This document shows positions 1-8,899 of a stretch of 64,000 bases of DNA, piece after piece. A model generated the notes under the pieces. The model saw only the letters and a list, made by a program, of their open reading frames with translations, was not told where the DNA came from and made no database searches. The DNA is from Planctomycetota bacterium (GTDB taxonomy: Bacteria > Planctomycetota > SZUA-567 > H5-PLA8), in contig JBBRPR010000030.1 in the NCBI GenBank assembly GCA_038227875.1, positions 35,923 to 99,922 on the forward strand, given 5' to 3'. The position numbers were made by a program, and so were the translations under genes. Each line of letters starts with the position of its first letter. Position 1 is the stretch's first letter.

Positions 1-1051
1 TCATGTCCGAGATGGCATCGAGCGAGAGGTATCGGCGAAAAATGAAGGGCGTGAGCTGATCGAGAAATTCGACGCCAACCGGTTTGTCGCCCGCAACAGG
101 CCGCGCCTTCAGCCACGCCTGGCGCTCCCATGTACGGCCTTCGGTCTGGAAATAATTCAGCGTCTCATCGACGCTGCGGACCAGCGCACCGGCCGAGCCG
201 TGCGGACGAAGACGCATGTCGACGCGGTAGACGCGGCCATCTTCGGTCACTTTGTCGAGCGCCGCGATGAGTTCTTCGGCCAGCGCCGTAAAGTATTGCA
301 CGCTCGCGGAAATTTCTCCGGCGTCTTCCGGCCGCCGTTGGTAGGCAAAGACCAGGTCGATGTCGGAGCTATAGTTGAGCTCTCGCCCGCCCAGTTTCCC
401 CAGCGCGAAAACGACAAAACGCTGGCCGGAATTGGAATCGTCGTGACTCTCGTCCAAATGAACTGGCGCGACACGGCGGCTGCTACGCCCGGCGCGCACA
501 CGTCCCGCCGCGTATCGGAGCGCCGACTCGATGCAGGCATCGGCCAAGTCGCTGAGCGCGCGCACGGTGTCGGTCACCGGCGAAATTCCGGTGAGATCCA
601 GCGCCGCGATCTGCAGCATCGATTCCACGCGCACGCGGCGGAGGGTTGAAATCTGCTGCGCGGGCGTCAGCGCCAGCTTCATGCGTTCGTCGAGCTGGTT
701 GCGCCACGCCGTGCCGCCCGTGACCTGGCGGCGGAGTACCGGCTCCAGCACGATGCGCGGCCGGTCCGGGAAGCGGATGAAGTATTCGCTGAGAGCGGGC
801 GTTCCGGCAAAGAGCATCGCGAGCAATTTCAGGAACTGCCCTTCATTGCCATCCGCGATAAGCAGGCCGCCGGCGTCGAGCCAGCGTTCAAACAGCGCCG
901 CCGCCGTATCGGGATCGCACGAGTCGGCAAACGCGCTCAGCGCATCAGTTTTGACGCCAGCGAATTCAGGGGGAATTTTATTGAGCGCCTGCCGCGCACG
1001 CGACGGATCGCGGAATCCCAGTTTTCGCCAATCGGGCTCGGGCTCGTTCAT
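1..1051 (-). CDS. glnE: Glutamine synthetase adenylyltransferase, 5' part (runs off the left edge)
   Basis: Manual minus-strand translation from ATG 1051 (MNEPEPDWRKLGFRDP...) stays open to the window edge and has GlnE nucleotidyltransferase motifs ALGKLGGRELNYSSDIDLVF, RVDMRLRPHG and EGRTWERQAWLKARPVAGD. Not in the ORF track because no stop is in the window. Confidence 0.93.
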   Translation of the reverse strand, partial: MNEPEPDWRKLGFRDPSRARQALNKIPPEFAGVKTDALSAFADSCDPDTAAALFERWLDAGGLLIADGNEGQFLKLLAMLFAGTPALSEYFIRFPDRPRIVLEPVLRRQVTGGTAWRNQLDERMKLALTPAQQISTLRRVRVESMLQIAALDLTGISPVTDTVRALSDLADACIESALRYAAGRVRAGRSSRRVAPVHLDESHDDSNSGQRFVVFALGKLGGRELNYSSDIDLVFAYQRRPEDAGEISASVQYFTALAEELIAALDKVTEDGRVYRVDMRLRPHGSAGALVRSVDETLNYFQTEGRTWERQAWLKARPVAGDKPVGVEFLDQLTPFIFRRYLSLDAISDM

Positions 1052-1116
1052 ACATGCAGTCTAGGGGATGAGGATTGGGGTGTCGAATGTCGGGACGGGG
1101 CGCCGGGATTCAGATC

Positions 1117-1185
1117 AAAAAAGGTAGGCAGGCGCCGGCGCACCAGCGTAGTGAAAGCCGATGCGCCAGCCAGCTCTGCCCTTCC
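1117..1185 (-). terminator. Long hairpin plus U6 tract (intrinsic terminator or attenuator) upstream of glnE
   Basis: Minus-strand RNA stem UGGCGCAUCGGC/GCUGGUGCGCCG has three G-U pairs that form only on this strand; outer GGCAG/CUGCC stem; then UUUUUU. Confidence 0.55.
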
Positions 1186-1288
1186 CCCCCGTTGGCTTGC
1201 AGGACGTATTTGGTAATAAAATAGATCGGCACAAAGCGGCGGGAAGATGAAGAGAAATCGGCAGAGATATTTTTTCGTGAAAACACAG

Positions 1289-1314
1289 ACCCCCAGGCCA
1301 CGTGGCCTGGGGGT
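1289..1314 (-). terminator. Perfect 26-bp palindrome, probable terminator of glmM
   Basis: ACCCCCAGGCCACGTGGCCTGGGGGT is self-complementary, lies about 30 bp past the glmM stop and is followed by CTGTGTTTT on the minus strand. Confidence 0.6.
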
Positions 1315-1343
1315 TCCACACTTATTACAAGTCGTATGGGTAA

Positions 1344-2729
1344 TTACTCGCCGGTGGTCTCGAGCGCCTTGCGGATATGGGCCGTGTATTCGTCGACCAG
1401 CGCCTGCGCGGCTTCCTGCGTTCGGGCTTCGGCGATGATGCGCATGACCGGTTCCGTGTTGCTGGCGCGGAGATGGACCCAGCGATCGTCCCAATCGAGG
1501 CGCAGTCCGTCTTCCGTGTTTGCGCGCGCGGATTGAGCGTCGGCTTTCAGCGTGCGGATCATCTCGCGGCTCTTGGCGGCCGGGCAGTCGATCTTGGTCT
1601 TGATCATGTGGTACTTCGGCAGCGCGTTCGCCAGCTGGCTGCAGCGCTTTCCACTGCGTGCCATCGATTCCAGGATCAGACCCATGCCGACAATCGCGTC
1701 GCGGCCGTAATGAATGCGCGGATCCATCACACCGCCGTTGCCTTCGCCGCCGATGATGGCTTTCAGTTCTTCCATCTTCTCCGCGACGTTCACTTCGCCC
1801 ACGGCCGTGCGCACCACTTCGCAGCCCGCGGCGCGCGCGACGTCTTCGCTCACGCGGCTGGTCGACATGTTGATCACCACTGGGCCGCTGCGATTAGTAG
1901 TGCGCGACAGCACGTACTGCGCGGCCAGCGCCAGCGAAAGTTCTTCGCCGAGGAATTCGCCGTCTTCGGAGACCACCGCGATGCGGTCGGCGTCCGGATC
2001 GGTCGCGAAGCCGATGTCCGCCCCGCGCTCCTTGGTGAAGCGGCAGAGGTCCTGCAGATTGATGAAATTCGGTTCCGGCGTGTGCGGGAAAAGTCCGTCG
2101 GGCGTGCAGTGAATCGGCTCGACCTGGCAGCCCAGCGCTCGCAGCAGTCGCAGGCTCACGCCAACGCCCGCGCCGTTGCAGCAGTCCAGCGCCACGCGGA
2201 ACTTCTTCGACTTGATCAGCGGCACGTCGAGAATCGAGAGCACCGTGTCGACGTGGTGCGCTTCGGCGTCGGGAACCAGTTCGATGGTCTTCAGCGCGTC
2301 CCACGGCTTGCGGACGAAATCGCCGGAGTAATAAATGTTGAGCAGGTCGCGGCCTTCGTCGGCGTTGAGGTAAACGCCGTCGGCGCGGAAAAATTTGAGC
2401 GCGTTCCATTCGACCGGATTGTGGCTGGCGGAGATCACTACTCCGCCATCGGCGTGAAGCTGCTCGATCATCAGCGTCGCCGTCGGCGTGGCCACGACGC
2501 CGACGTCAATGATGGAGCAGCCGGTCGACAGCAGTCCGCTGAAGACGGCGCACTTCACCATTTCGCCAGAGACGCGCGTGTCGCGCCCGACCACCACGCG
2601 CCCGGAGTGCATATATGTTCCAAACGCCTCACCCAGCCGCACCAGCAATTCCGGCGTCAAACTTCGTCCTACAATCCCACGCACTCCGGAGATGGAAATC
2701 ATCAAGTCGCTGGTCTTGGGATGGCTCAT
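1344..2729 (-). CDS. glmM: Phosphoglucosamine mutase / phosphomannomutase (alpha-D-phosphohexomutase)
   Basis: SISGVRG start, catalytic SASHNP, metal loop DPDADR, GGEGNGG, RASNTEP. Confidence 0.88.
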   Translation of the reverse strand: MSHPKTSDLMISISGVRGIVGRSLTPELLVRLGEAFGTYMHSGRVVVGRDTRVSGEMVKCAVFSGLLSTGCSIIDVGVVATPTATLMIEQLHADGGVVISASHNPVEWNALKFFRADGVYLNADEGRDLLNIYYSGDFVRKPWDALKTIELVPDAEAHHVDTVLSILDVPLIKSKKFRVALDCCNGAGVGVSLRLLRALGCQVEPIHCTPDGLFPHTPEPNFINLQDLCRFTKERGADIGFATDPDADRIAVVSEDGEFLGEELSLALAAQYVLSRTTNRSGPVVINMSTSRVSEDVARAAGCEVVRTAVGEVNVAEKMEELKAIIGGEGNGGVMDPRIHYGRDAIVGMGLILESMARSGKRCSQLANALPKYHMIKTKIDCPAAKSREMIRTLKADAQSARANTEDGLRLDWDDRWVHLRASNTEPVMRIIAEARTQEAAQALVDEYTAHIRKALETTGE

Positions 2730-2853
2730 CGTTTGAACGTGTCCTTACGCGTTAGTCATGGTGCGGGTGAAAACTTCAACGGCCGTAAACTTAGTGCGAA
2801 GCCCGCGTCGTTGCGACTGCCAAAATCGCAAACTCCCAGGATGTTTCCTTGCC

Positions 2854-3810
2854 CTACTGTTTGATGATTGGCGGCGCGAGCCGTTTGATGCGGTACTGGA
2901 CGCGGACCTGCCGCGCGGCGCTCTCTTTGCCGTACGCCACCGTGACATCCGTGGTGAATTCCTCGTTGAGCGTATCGAGCATCGAGAGCCGGTTGTCCAT
3001 CACCGCGCTGCCGTCGACGGTCTCAACCGCATTAAGCGTGGCGGTCATCTGTCCCGGCGCGCTCAGGTCGGGAATGACATATGGTGTTCCACCGTCCTGG
3101 GGCGCCACGCGCGAAAACGAGTAGCGCGTCTTCTCGCCCCCGTCAGTTGAAGCGGGGGCCGCCACGGGCTTTGTGCGGACGGGGCGCAGCGCAGATTCGG
3201 CCTTGGCCGTCGCAGCGGCCGGTTCAGCCAGGCAGAGAAAAATGTCCTGATCGTCGGCCTGCACTTTCAATCCCAGATCGTTATCGATCAAGGACGCCAG
3301 ACTCTTGAATGACTTTTTGCGCCAACCACCGGCGGTCTCGACTTCCTTCGCCCATTCAATGAAATTGCCCGGCTTGCGGTCACGGATGTGCAGCGCGCCA
3401 TCGGCGCCGAGCTGCACGTCCCACCGCGCGGCCTTCAGCGCACCCTCAATCGCCTTGCCGATCACGCGGCTCTTTTCCTTCTGCGTTTCGGGGTCATCGG
3501 ATTGCGATGAATAGATGATTACTTCCGGCAGCGTTACGCGCGGCGAATCAAAGCGCATCGTGGCCTTGCCTTCGGATGCGACTTCGAAAATCAGGATGCC
3601 GGCGACTTCAGTTTTGCGCTGGTCGGCCGGCTCTTTCAAATTGGGCGCCAGGGTAATTGCTTTGTAATAATCGAAGCGGTAGACGTCGCCCGCTTTCCAT
3701 GCGTAGGTGCCGCCCGCATTCGGGGCCGGTGCCGGCGCCACGTCCGTCGCCCGGACGGCAAGTGTGACCAACACCACACTCAGCGCCGCAAGGCGCGCAA
3801 ACTTCATCAT
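2854..3810 (-). CDS. Exported hypothetical protein
   Basis: ORF with signal-peptide-like MMKFARLAALSVVLVTLAVRA after an AAAGGGA RBS; start moved from 3927 to 3810. Confidence 0.75.
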   Translation of the reverse strand: MMKFARLAALSVVLVTLAVRATDVAPAPAPNAGGTYAWKAGDVYRFDYYKAITLAPNLKEPADQRKTEVAGILIFEVASEGKATMRFDSPRVTLPEVIIYSSQSDDPETQKEKSRVIGKAIEGALKAARWDVQLGADGALHIRDRKPGNFIEWAKEVETAGGWRKKSFKSLASLIDNDLGLKVQADDQDIFLCLAEPAAATAKAESALRPVRTKPVAAPASTDGGEKTRYSFSRVAPQDGGTPYVIPDLSAPGQMTATLNAVETVDGSAVMDNRLSMLDTLNEEFTTDVTVAYGKESAARQVRVQYRIKRLAPPIIKQ

Positions 3811-4011
3811 CAATCCCTTTCGATTCAATTTCATAAGCGGCAAATCTATGCCACGATTGACGGCTCGAACAGTCGAGACTTCATGAAAAAGTGGCAGCTC
3901 TTGGGACGTGAAGCGGACGCGGCCCACAATAATTCCATTTAATGTAACTCAAGCACCGGCGGCCCACGTCTTTTCGGCGCGCGTGTCTCGCCCCTAAAGA
4001 GCCCAGAGCCG

Positions 4012-5613
4012 TCAGATATTCTTCGACGGCCGCTCGATGCCCAGCTTCGAGACGCGGTAACGGATCGAGCGGAAGGTCATGTTGAGCAATTTCGCCGCCT
4101 CCGTCAGATTCCAATTGGAACGCTCCAGCGCTTGAAGAATGTACGCGCGCTCACGGTCGAGCAGGTGTTTTTCCAGATCGATGCCGTTGGGAGGCAGCAA
4201 CAGGTCGGCTTCCGCGGAGGTAATCGACGCGGTGGAACTGAGGCCCGACATGTGGGTGTCATTGATCGAATGACTCTGCTGCGGCGCATGCTGTTGCGGT
4301 GGATGATTCGTGGCGTAGCTGTGCGGCTGTGCGGAATAGGCCGGCGGAGACATGCGTGCCGACGGATGCGATTCGGACGCGAAGCGGCCGCTCGTCGCCG
4401 CCGACCCGCCGAGCACCGGACCGGCCAGATCGGCCAGTGTGATGCGATCGCCACGGGACAACGCCACGGCACGCTCAATTGTGTTTTCCAGCTGCCGCAC
4501 ATTGCCGGGCCAGGCGTACGCAACCAGGCGCTCGATCACGGCGTCGTCAATCTTGGCGATCTGCTTGCCCATGCGCTTGGCAAACTTGGCCAGGAAGTGT
4601 CCCGCCAGCAGCGGCACATCTTCCTTGCGTTCGCGCAGGGGCGGCAGCTCGATGGGAATGACATTGAGCCGGTAGTAAAGGTCTTCGCGGAACTGGCCTT
4701 CGATCGCCATCTGCGCCAGGTTGCGGTTGGTCGCGGCGATGATGCGCACGTCGACCTTTGTTTCCTTCGTACCACCGACGGGCTTGAAGCTGCGCGTTTC
4801 CAGCACTCGCAGCAGTTTGACCTGCGTGGGCATGGTTAGTTCGCCCACTTCGTCGAGGAAGAGCGTGCCGCGGTCGGCGCTTTCGAAGACACCCTTGCGG
4901 TCGGCGATGGCGTTGGTGAACGAGCCCTTGATGTGGCCGAAGAGTTCCGATTCGAGCAGCGTTTCGGCGAACGCACCGCAGTTGACCGGCACGAACGGCT
5001 GCTCAGCGCGCAGCGAGCCAAGATGAATCGCGCGCGCGATCAATTCCTTGCCGGTGCCACTTTCACCGGTGATGAGAATCGTCGAATCGGTCGGCGCGAC
5101 GCGGTCCACGAGACTGGAGACTTGCGCCATCACCGAGGTATTGCTGACCATGTCGAGGTACTGCAAACCCGAGCGCGGCGTCTTTCGGCCGAATGCATGA
5201 CGTTCCAGCGCGCGGGCCACGGCCTCGCGAATTTCAATCGTATCGAACGGTTTTGGTAGATGCGTGTACGCGCCCAGACGCATCGCTTCGACTGCGCTTT
5301 CGTTAGTTCCGAATGCAGTGAGAACGATCGATGGCGTGTCGGGAAAGCGCTCCTTTACTGCTTTCAGGAACTTCAGCCCATCCATCTTGGGCATTTTCAA
5401 ATCCTGGATAATCAAGTCCACGTGTTCCTTGGCCATCATCTCCAAGGCCTGCTCCCCATCATCCGTATCCAACACCAAATAGCCTTCACCTTCAAGGATC
5501 CCCTTGAGGAGGCTCCGGAGGGAATTTTCGTCATCGAGCACGAGGATGCGCCGACGCGTGGCCGTTCGCGTCGCTCCACTGGTGCCCGAAGATGTCGAAT
5601 GCTCTGTCGCCAT
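4012..5613 (-). CDS. pilR: Sigma-54-dependent response regulator (PilR/NtrC family)
   Basis: REC domain (LVLDDE...DLKMP), AAA+ with GESGTGKE, GSFTNA (GAFTGA variant), LFLDEVGE, WPGNVRQL, Fis-type HTH. Symbol assigned from the pil-cluster context. Confidence 0.85.
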   Translation of the reverse strand: MATEHSTSSGTSGATRTATRRRILVLDDENSLRSLLKGILEGEGYLVLDTDDGEQALEMMAKEHVDLIIQDLKMPKMDGLKFLKAVKERFPDTPSIVLTAFGTNESAVEAMRLGAYTHLPKPFDTIEIREAVARALERHAFGRKTPRSGLQYLDMVSNTSVMAQVSSLVDRVAPTDSTILITGESGTGKELIARAIHLGSLRAEQPFVPVNCGAFAETLLESELFGHIKGSFTNAIADRKGVFESADRGTLFLDEVGELTMPTQVKLLRVLETRSFKPVGGTKETKVDVRIIAATNRNLAQMAIEGQFREDLYYRLNVIPIELPPLRERKEDVPLLAGHFLAKFAKRMGKQIAKIDDAVIERLVAYAWPGNVRQLENTIERAVALSRGDRITLADLAGPVLGGSAATSGRFASESHPSARMSPPAYSAQPHSYATNHPPQQHAPQQSHSINDTHMSGLSSTASITSAEADLLLPPNGIDLEKHLLDRERAYILQALERSNWNLTEAAKLLNMTFRSIRYRVSKLGIERPSKNI

Positions 5614-5626
5614 GCTCGCCCTGATT

Positions 5627-7408
5627 TTAAACGGTTGCCGCCCGCGGTCCACTCGTGGATGCGCTGGGCTTTAAATCGACCGGCAGCCAGACGCGGAACG
5701 TCGTCCCCTGCCCCTGGCGGCTCTCCACCGTCACCAGTCCCTCGTGTGTCTGCATGATACGCTCAACGATAGCCAAACCCAACCCCGTACCCGCATTTTT
5801 TGTGGTATAAAACGGCTCGAAAATCTGCGCGCAGACTTGCGGCGTCATGCCGCATCCTGTATCGGAAATTTCGACCAACACGCCCGGACGGTTGACGCGC
5901 CCGCCGATCTGGTCGGGGTTGATTTCCTTGATCGAATGCAGCGCCGCCACCTTCACGACCATGCTCAATTCTTTTTTCGGTGAGGTCGCCATTGCGTGCA
6001 TGGCGTTGACGCCGAGATTCAAAAAGACCTGCCGGAGTTGCTCCGAATCGGCCAGAAACGGTTCGCCTTCGTCGCCGCTGAGCGTGATGGCAATGTCTTT
6101 CGCTTCGGGCCGCGCGGAGAGGAGGATCTTGACATCAGAAAGTACGCGACCCATGTCGGTCTCGGCCAGCTTCGGCGCGCGCATGCGGGCAAAACGCAGA
6201 AAGTCGGTGATGATCTGGTCGAGGCGGTCGGACTCCGACAGCACAATGTCCAGCAGGACTTTCTTCGAATCCGGAATCTGCACCGCGCGCCCGATTTCCT
6301 GAACCGCGCCGCGGATCGACGCCAGCGGATTGCGGATTTCGTGGGCGATCGTCGCGGAAATCTGTCCCATCGTCTCGATGCGCTGACGGTGCTTCAGGAA
6401 TTCTTCCATCTTCTTTTCAGCAGTGATGTCGTCGAGCACCACCATCAGGCCGCGCAGGTCCTTGCTGTCACCTTCCAAAATCGGCACCAGACGGATGCCC
6501 AACGGAACGGAGGTGTTGTCGGCGCGCTTGAAATTCAAGTCCATGCGCCTTGGGCTGCGCTCGGAAAGCGCCTCCTTGGCCAGATCATCGATGCTCGAAC
6601 CCAATACCTGAAGCAGGTTGGGCGGGCGCGAGGCCGGATCGAATTTCAATAAGCGCTGGAACTCGCGGTTGAAGTACAGCGTGTTGCGTTGCCGGTCGAG
6701 GACCAGCACGCCCTCGCCGATGCCTTCCAGAATTTCGTCGTGCAGCAGCCGCGCCACTGCCAGGCGCTCAGCCAGCGTACCGGCCAGCAGGCCCGTCAGA
6801 AAGAACGCACAGACGGGCAACAGGAGCAGGCGTACGAAGTCCAGAATGGACAGATGTTGGTACTTGGCAATCTGCGCCGCGAGCGCCTGGACTTTGAAGT
6901 TGTCGGGAATGACGTTGATGCTATAGAGCAGGGTGACGAGGCTAAACAGAGTTGCCGACACAGCTGCCGCCATGATCGAGACATTCCACTTTAAAACGAA
7001 TGCTGCCGAACAAATGGAGATGAGGTAGAGCACGACAAACTGGCTGTCGACGCCGCCGGTGTTCCAGATCAGCGCGGAGATCAGAAAAATGTCCACAAAG
7101 ATCTGCACAAACGCCAGTTTCGGCGCGTGCCCGCGGTTGGTCTCGGAGATGCGCGCGATCGGCACGTAGATCAGCGTCAGCGCGCAGATGATGATCGCAA
7201 CCAGGCCCGGCGGACGGAAATACAACGGCGGTTCGGCGGGATCGCTGAGCGCCGAGTGTCCGGTGCGCGGACCGTGCGTCTGAGCGAGCTGAAATTCGTG
7301 GATGATCAACACCGTCAGCGCCAGCGTCGCCAGCAATAGACGGATGCCAATAAGAATCTGATTGCCGCGGAGGGTGCGGGTCTGGCGTTCAACGAAAGTA
7401 TCGAGCAC
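5627..7408 (-). CDS. pilS: Membrane sensor histidine kinase, PilS-like (multi-TM, PAS, HisKA, HATPase)
   Basis: N-terminal TM segments with NTGGVDSQF, H-box AHEIRNPL, N-box, DTGCGM, FEPFYTTK, GTGLGL; directly upstream of the pilR-like gene. Confidence 0.85.
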   Translation of the reverse strand: MLDTFVERQTRTLRGNQILIGIRLLLATLALTVLIIHEFQLAQTHGPRTGHSALSDPAEPPLYFRPPGLVAIIICALTLIYVPIARISETNRGHAPKLAFVQIFVDIFLISALIWNTGGVDSQFVVLYLISICSAAFVLKWNVSIMAAAVSATLFSLVTLLYSINVIPDNFKVQALAAQIAKYQHLSILDFVRLLLLPVCAFFLTGLLAGTLAERLAVARLLHDEILEGIGEGVLVLDRQRNTLYFNREFQRLLKFDPASRPPNLLQVLGSSIDDLAKEALSERSPRRMDLNFKRADNTSVPLGIRLVPILEGDSKDLRGLMVVLDDITAEKKMEEFLKHRQRIETMGQISATIAHEIRNPLASIRGAVQEIGRAVQIPDSKKVLLDIVLSESDRLDQIITDFLRFARMRAPKLAETDMGRVLSDVKILLSARPEAKDIAITLSGDEGEPFLADSEQLRQVFLNLGVNAMHAMATSPKKELSMVVKVAALHSIKEINPDQIGGRVNRPGVLVEISDTGCGMTPQVCAQIFEPFYTTKNAGTGLGLAIVERIMQTHEGLVTVESRQGQGTTFRVWLPVDLKPSASTSGPRAATV

Positions 7409-7433
7409 GACGGCCCCTCAGGGAATCACGAAC

Positions 7434-7459
7434 GCACGGCCTGCTGCTTAAAGCCGTGC
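7434..7459. terminator. Intergenic hairpin between pilC and pilS
   Basis: GCACGGC...GCCGTGC inverted repeat. Confidence 0.35.
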
Positions 7460-7509
7460 GGTAATCGGAACCCCCCGTTCCGTTTTTTGTATTCTGTCGA
7501 GCCGGAATT

Positions 7510-8775
7510 TTACTTCTTACGCAACTGATCCTGAATCTTGAAGATCGGCAGGAAGACGGACAACACGATGCCGCCCACCATGACGCCCATCACGCCGATC
7601 ATGATCGGTTCGATCAACGCGGTCAGCGATTCGACGGTGGCTTCGACCTGCTGGTCGTAGAATTCCGAGATCTTCTCGAGCAACTGTTCGAGCGCGCCGG
7701 ACTTTTCACCGATCGCGATCATGCGCACCACCATCGGCGGGAAGACCACCGATTCCGAAAGCGGCTTGGCCAGATTTTCGCCCTGCCGGATTGATTCGCG
7801 GGCATTGTTCACGGCTTCTTCAACGACGCGGTTGCCGGCCGTCGAGGCCACGATTTCCAGCGCGCCGAGGATCGGCACGCCGGAGCGCAGCAGCGTGGCG
7901 AATGTTTTCGAGAAGCGCGAGAGCGCGACCTTCTGCAACAGGTCGCCGAAGACTGGCAGCTTCAACATCAAGCGGTCCCACGTGTAACCGCCGGAATCTG
8001 TGGAGCGCCACCACTGGATGATCAGTCCGATGCCCAACAGAATGATCGCCGTCTGGAGCGCGTAGTTGGTCATGATCTTGGAAATGCCAAGCACGATTTT
8101 CGTCGGCAGAGGCAATTCAACGCGCAGCGATTTGAAGATGTCCTGGAACTTCGGGATGATGAACACGAGCAGGAAGGTGGTGATGCCGGTGATCATCACC
8201 ATTGAGATGATCGGGTAGGTCATCGCGCCCTTGATTTCGCGCTTCAGCTTTTCGCTGCTTTCAAGGTACTCGGCGAGACGCTGCAAGATGGTGTCGAGCT
8301 GTCCGGATGCTTCACCAGCCTTGATCATGTTCACGTAAATGCGTTCGAAGACGCGGGGGTGCTTGCCCAGGGACTGGCTGAGGTCGCTACCGCCACGGAC
8401 GTCGTCGACAATCTGGCCCAGGGCTTTGTGGAAGCCGGGGTCTTCGGCCTGTTCCTGGAGAATGTTCAAACATTCCAAGACGGGAATACCGGCGCCGATC
8501 ATCGTCGAAAATTGGCGCGTGAAGATCACCAGCATTTCGCCGGTTACTTTCGGATGCTGCGGTCCCAACGAGATGTTGAAGTTGAAACCCTTCTTTTCGG
8601 CCTTCTCGCCGGGCTTGCCTGGAGCCCCGCCGCCGCCGGCCTCTTCTGAGACCGACAACACCTGCAGGTTCTCCTTACGGAGATTGTTCAGCACCTCGTC
8701 TTTGGTGGCGCCCTCAACCGTCTGCGAGACGCGCTTACCAGCCGCATCGCGTGCCACGTACTTGAACTTGGGCAT
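7510..8775 (-). CDS. pilC: Type IV pilus inner-membrane platform protein (GspF/PilC)
   Basis: MPKFKYVARD start behind AGGAGA RBS; FTRQFSTMIGAGIP, AGEASGQLD, GEKSGALEQLL, IEPIMI. Confidence 0.93.
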   Translation of the reverse strand: MPKFKYVARDAAGKRVSQTVEGATKDEVLNNLRKENLQVLSVSEEAGGGGAPGKPGEKAEKKGFNFNISLGPQHPKVTGEMLVIFTRQFSTMIGAGIPVLECLNILQEQAEDPGFHKALGQIVDDVRGGSDLSQSLGKHPRVFERIYVNMIKAGEASGQLDTILQRLAEYLESSEKLKREIKGAMTYPIISMVMITGITTFLLVFIIPKFQDIFKSLRVELPLPTKIVLGISKIMTNYALQTAIILLGIGLIIQWWRSTDSGGYTWDRLMLKLPVFGDLLQKVALSRFSKTFATLLRSGVPILGALEIVASTAGNRVVEEAVNNARESIRQGENLAKPLSESVVFPPMVVRMIAIGEKSGALEQLLEKISEFYDQQVEATVESLTALIEPIMIGVMGVMVGGIVLSVFLPIFKIQDQLRKK

Positions 8776-8899
8776 AACGCTTCTCCTAAGCCCCAAACAG
8801 GCTTTTAATGCAACTGCCGCTTCTGACTTGACCGCATCAATGTAACCAAACGTTCCCAACTTTCACATGAATTATTGTGCAGCACCTTGCAGCACAACC

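Noticed and set aside
3839..3853. Sigma-54-like TGGCATAGATTTGCC upstream of the gene after pilR
   Set aside because: GG-to-GC spacing is 9 nt rather than the required 10.
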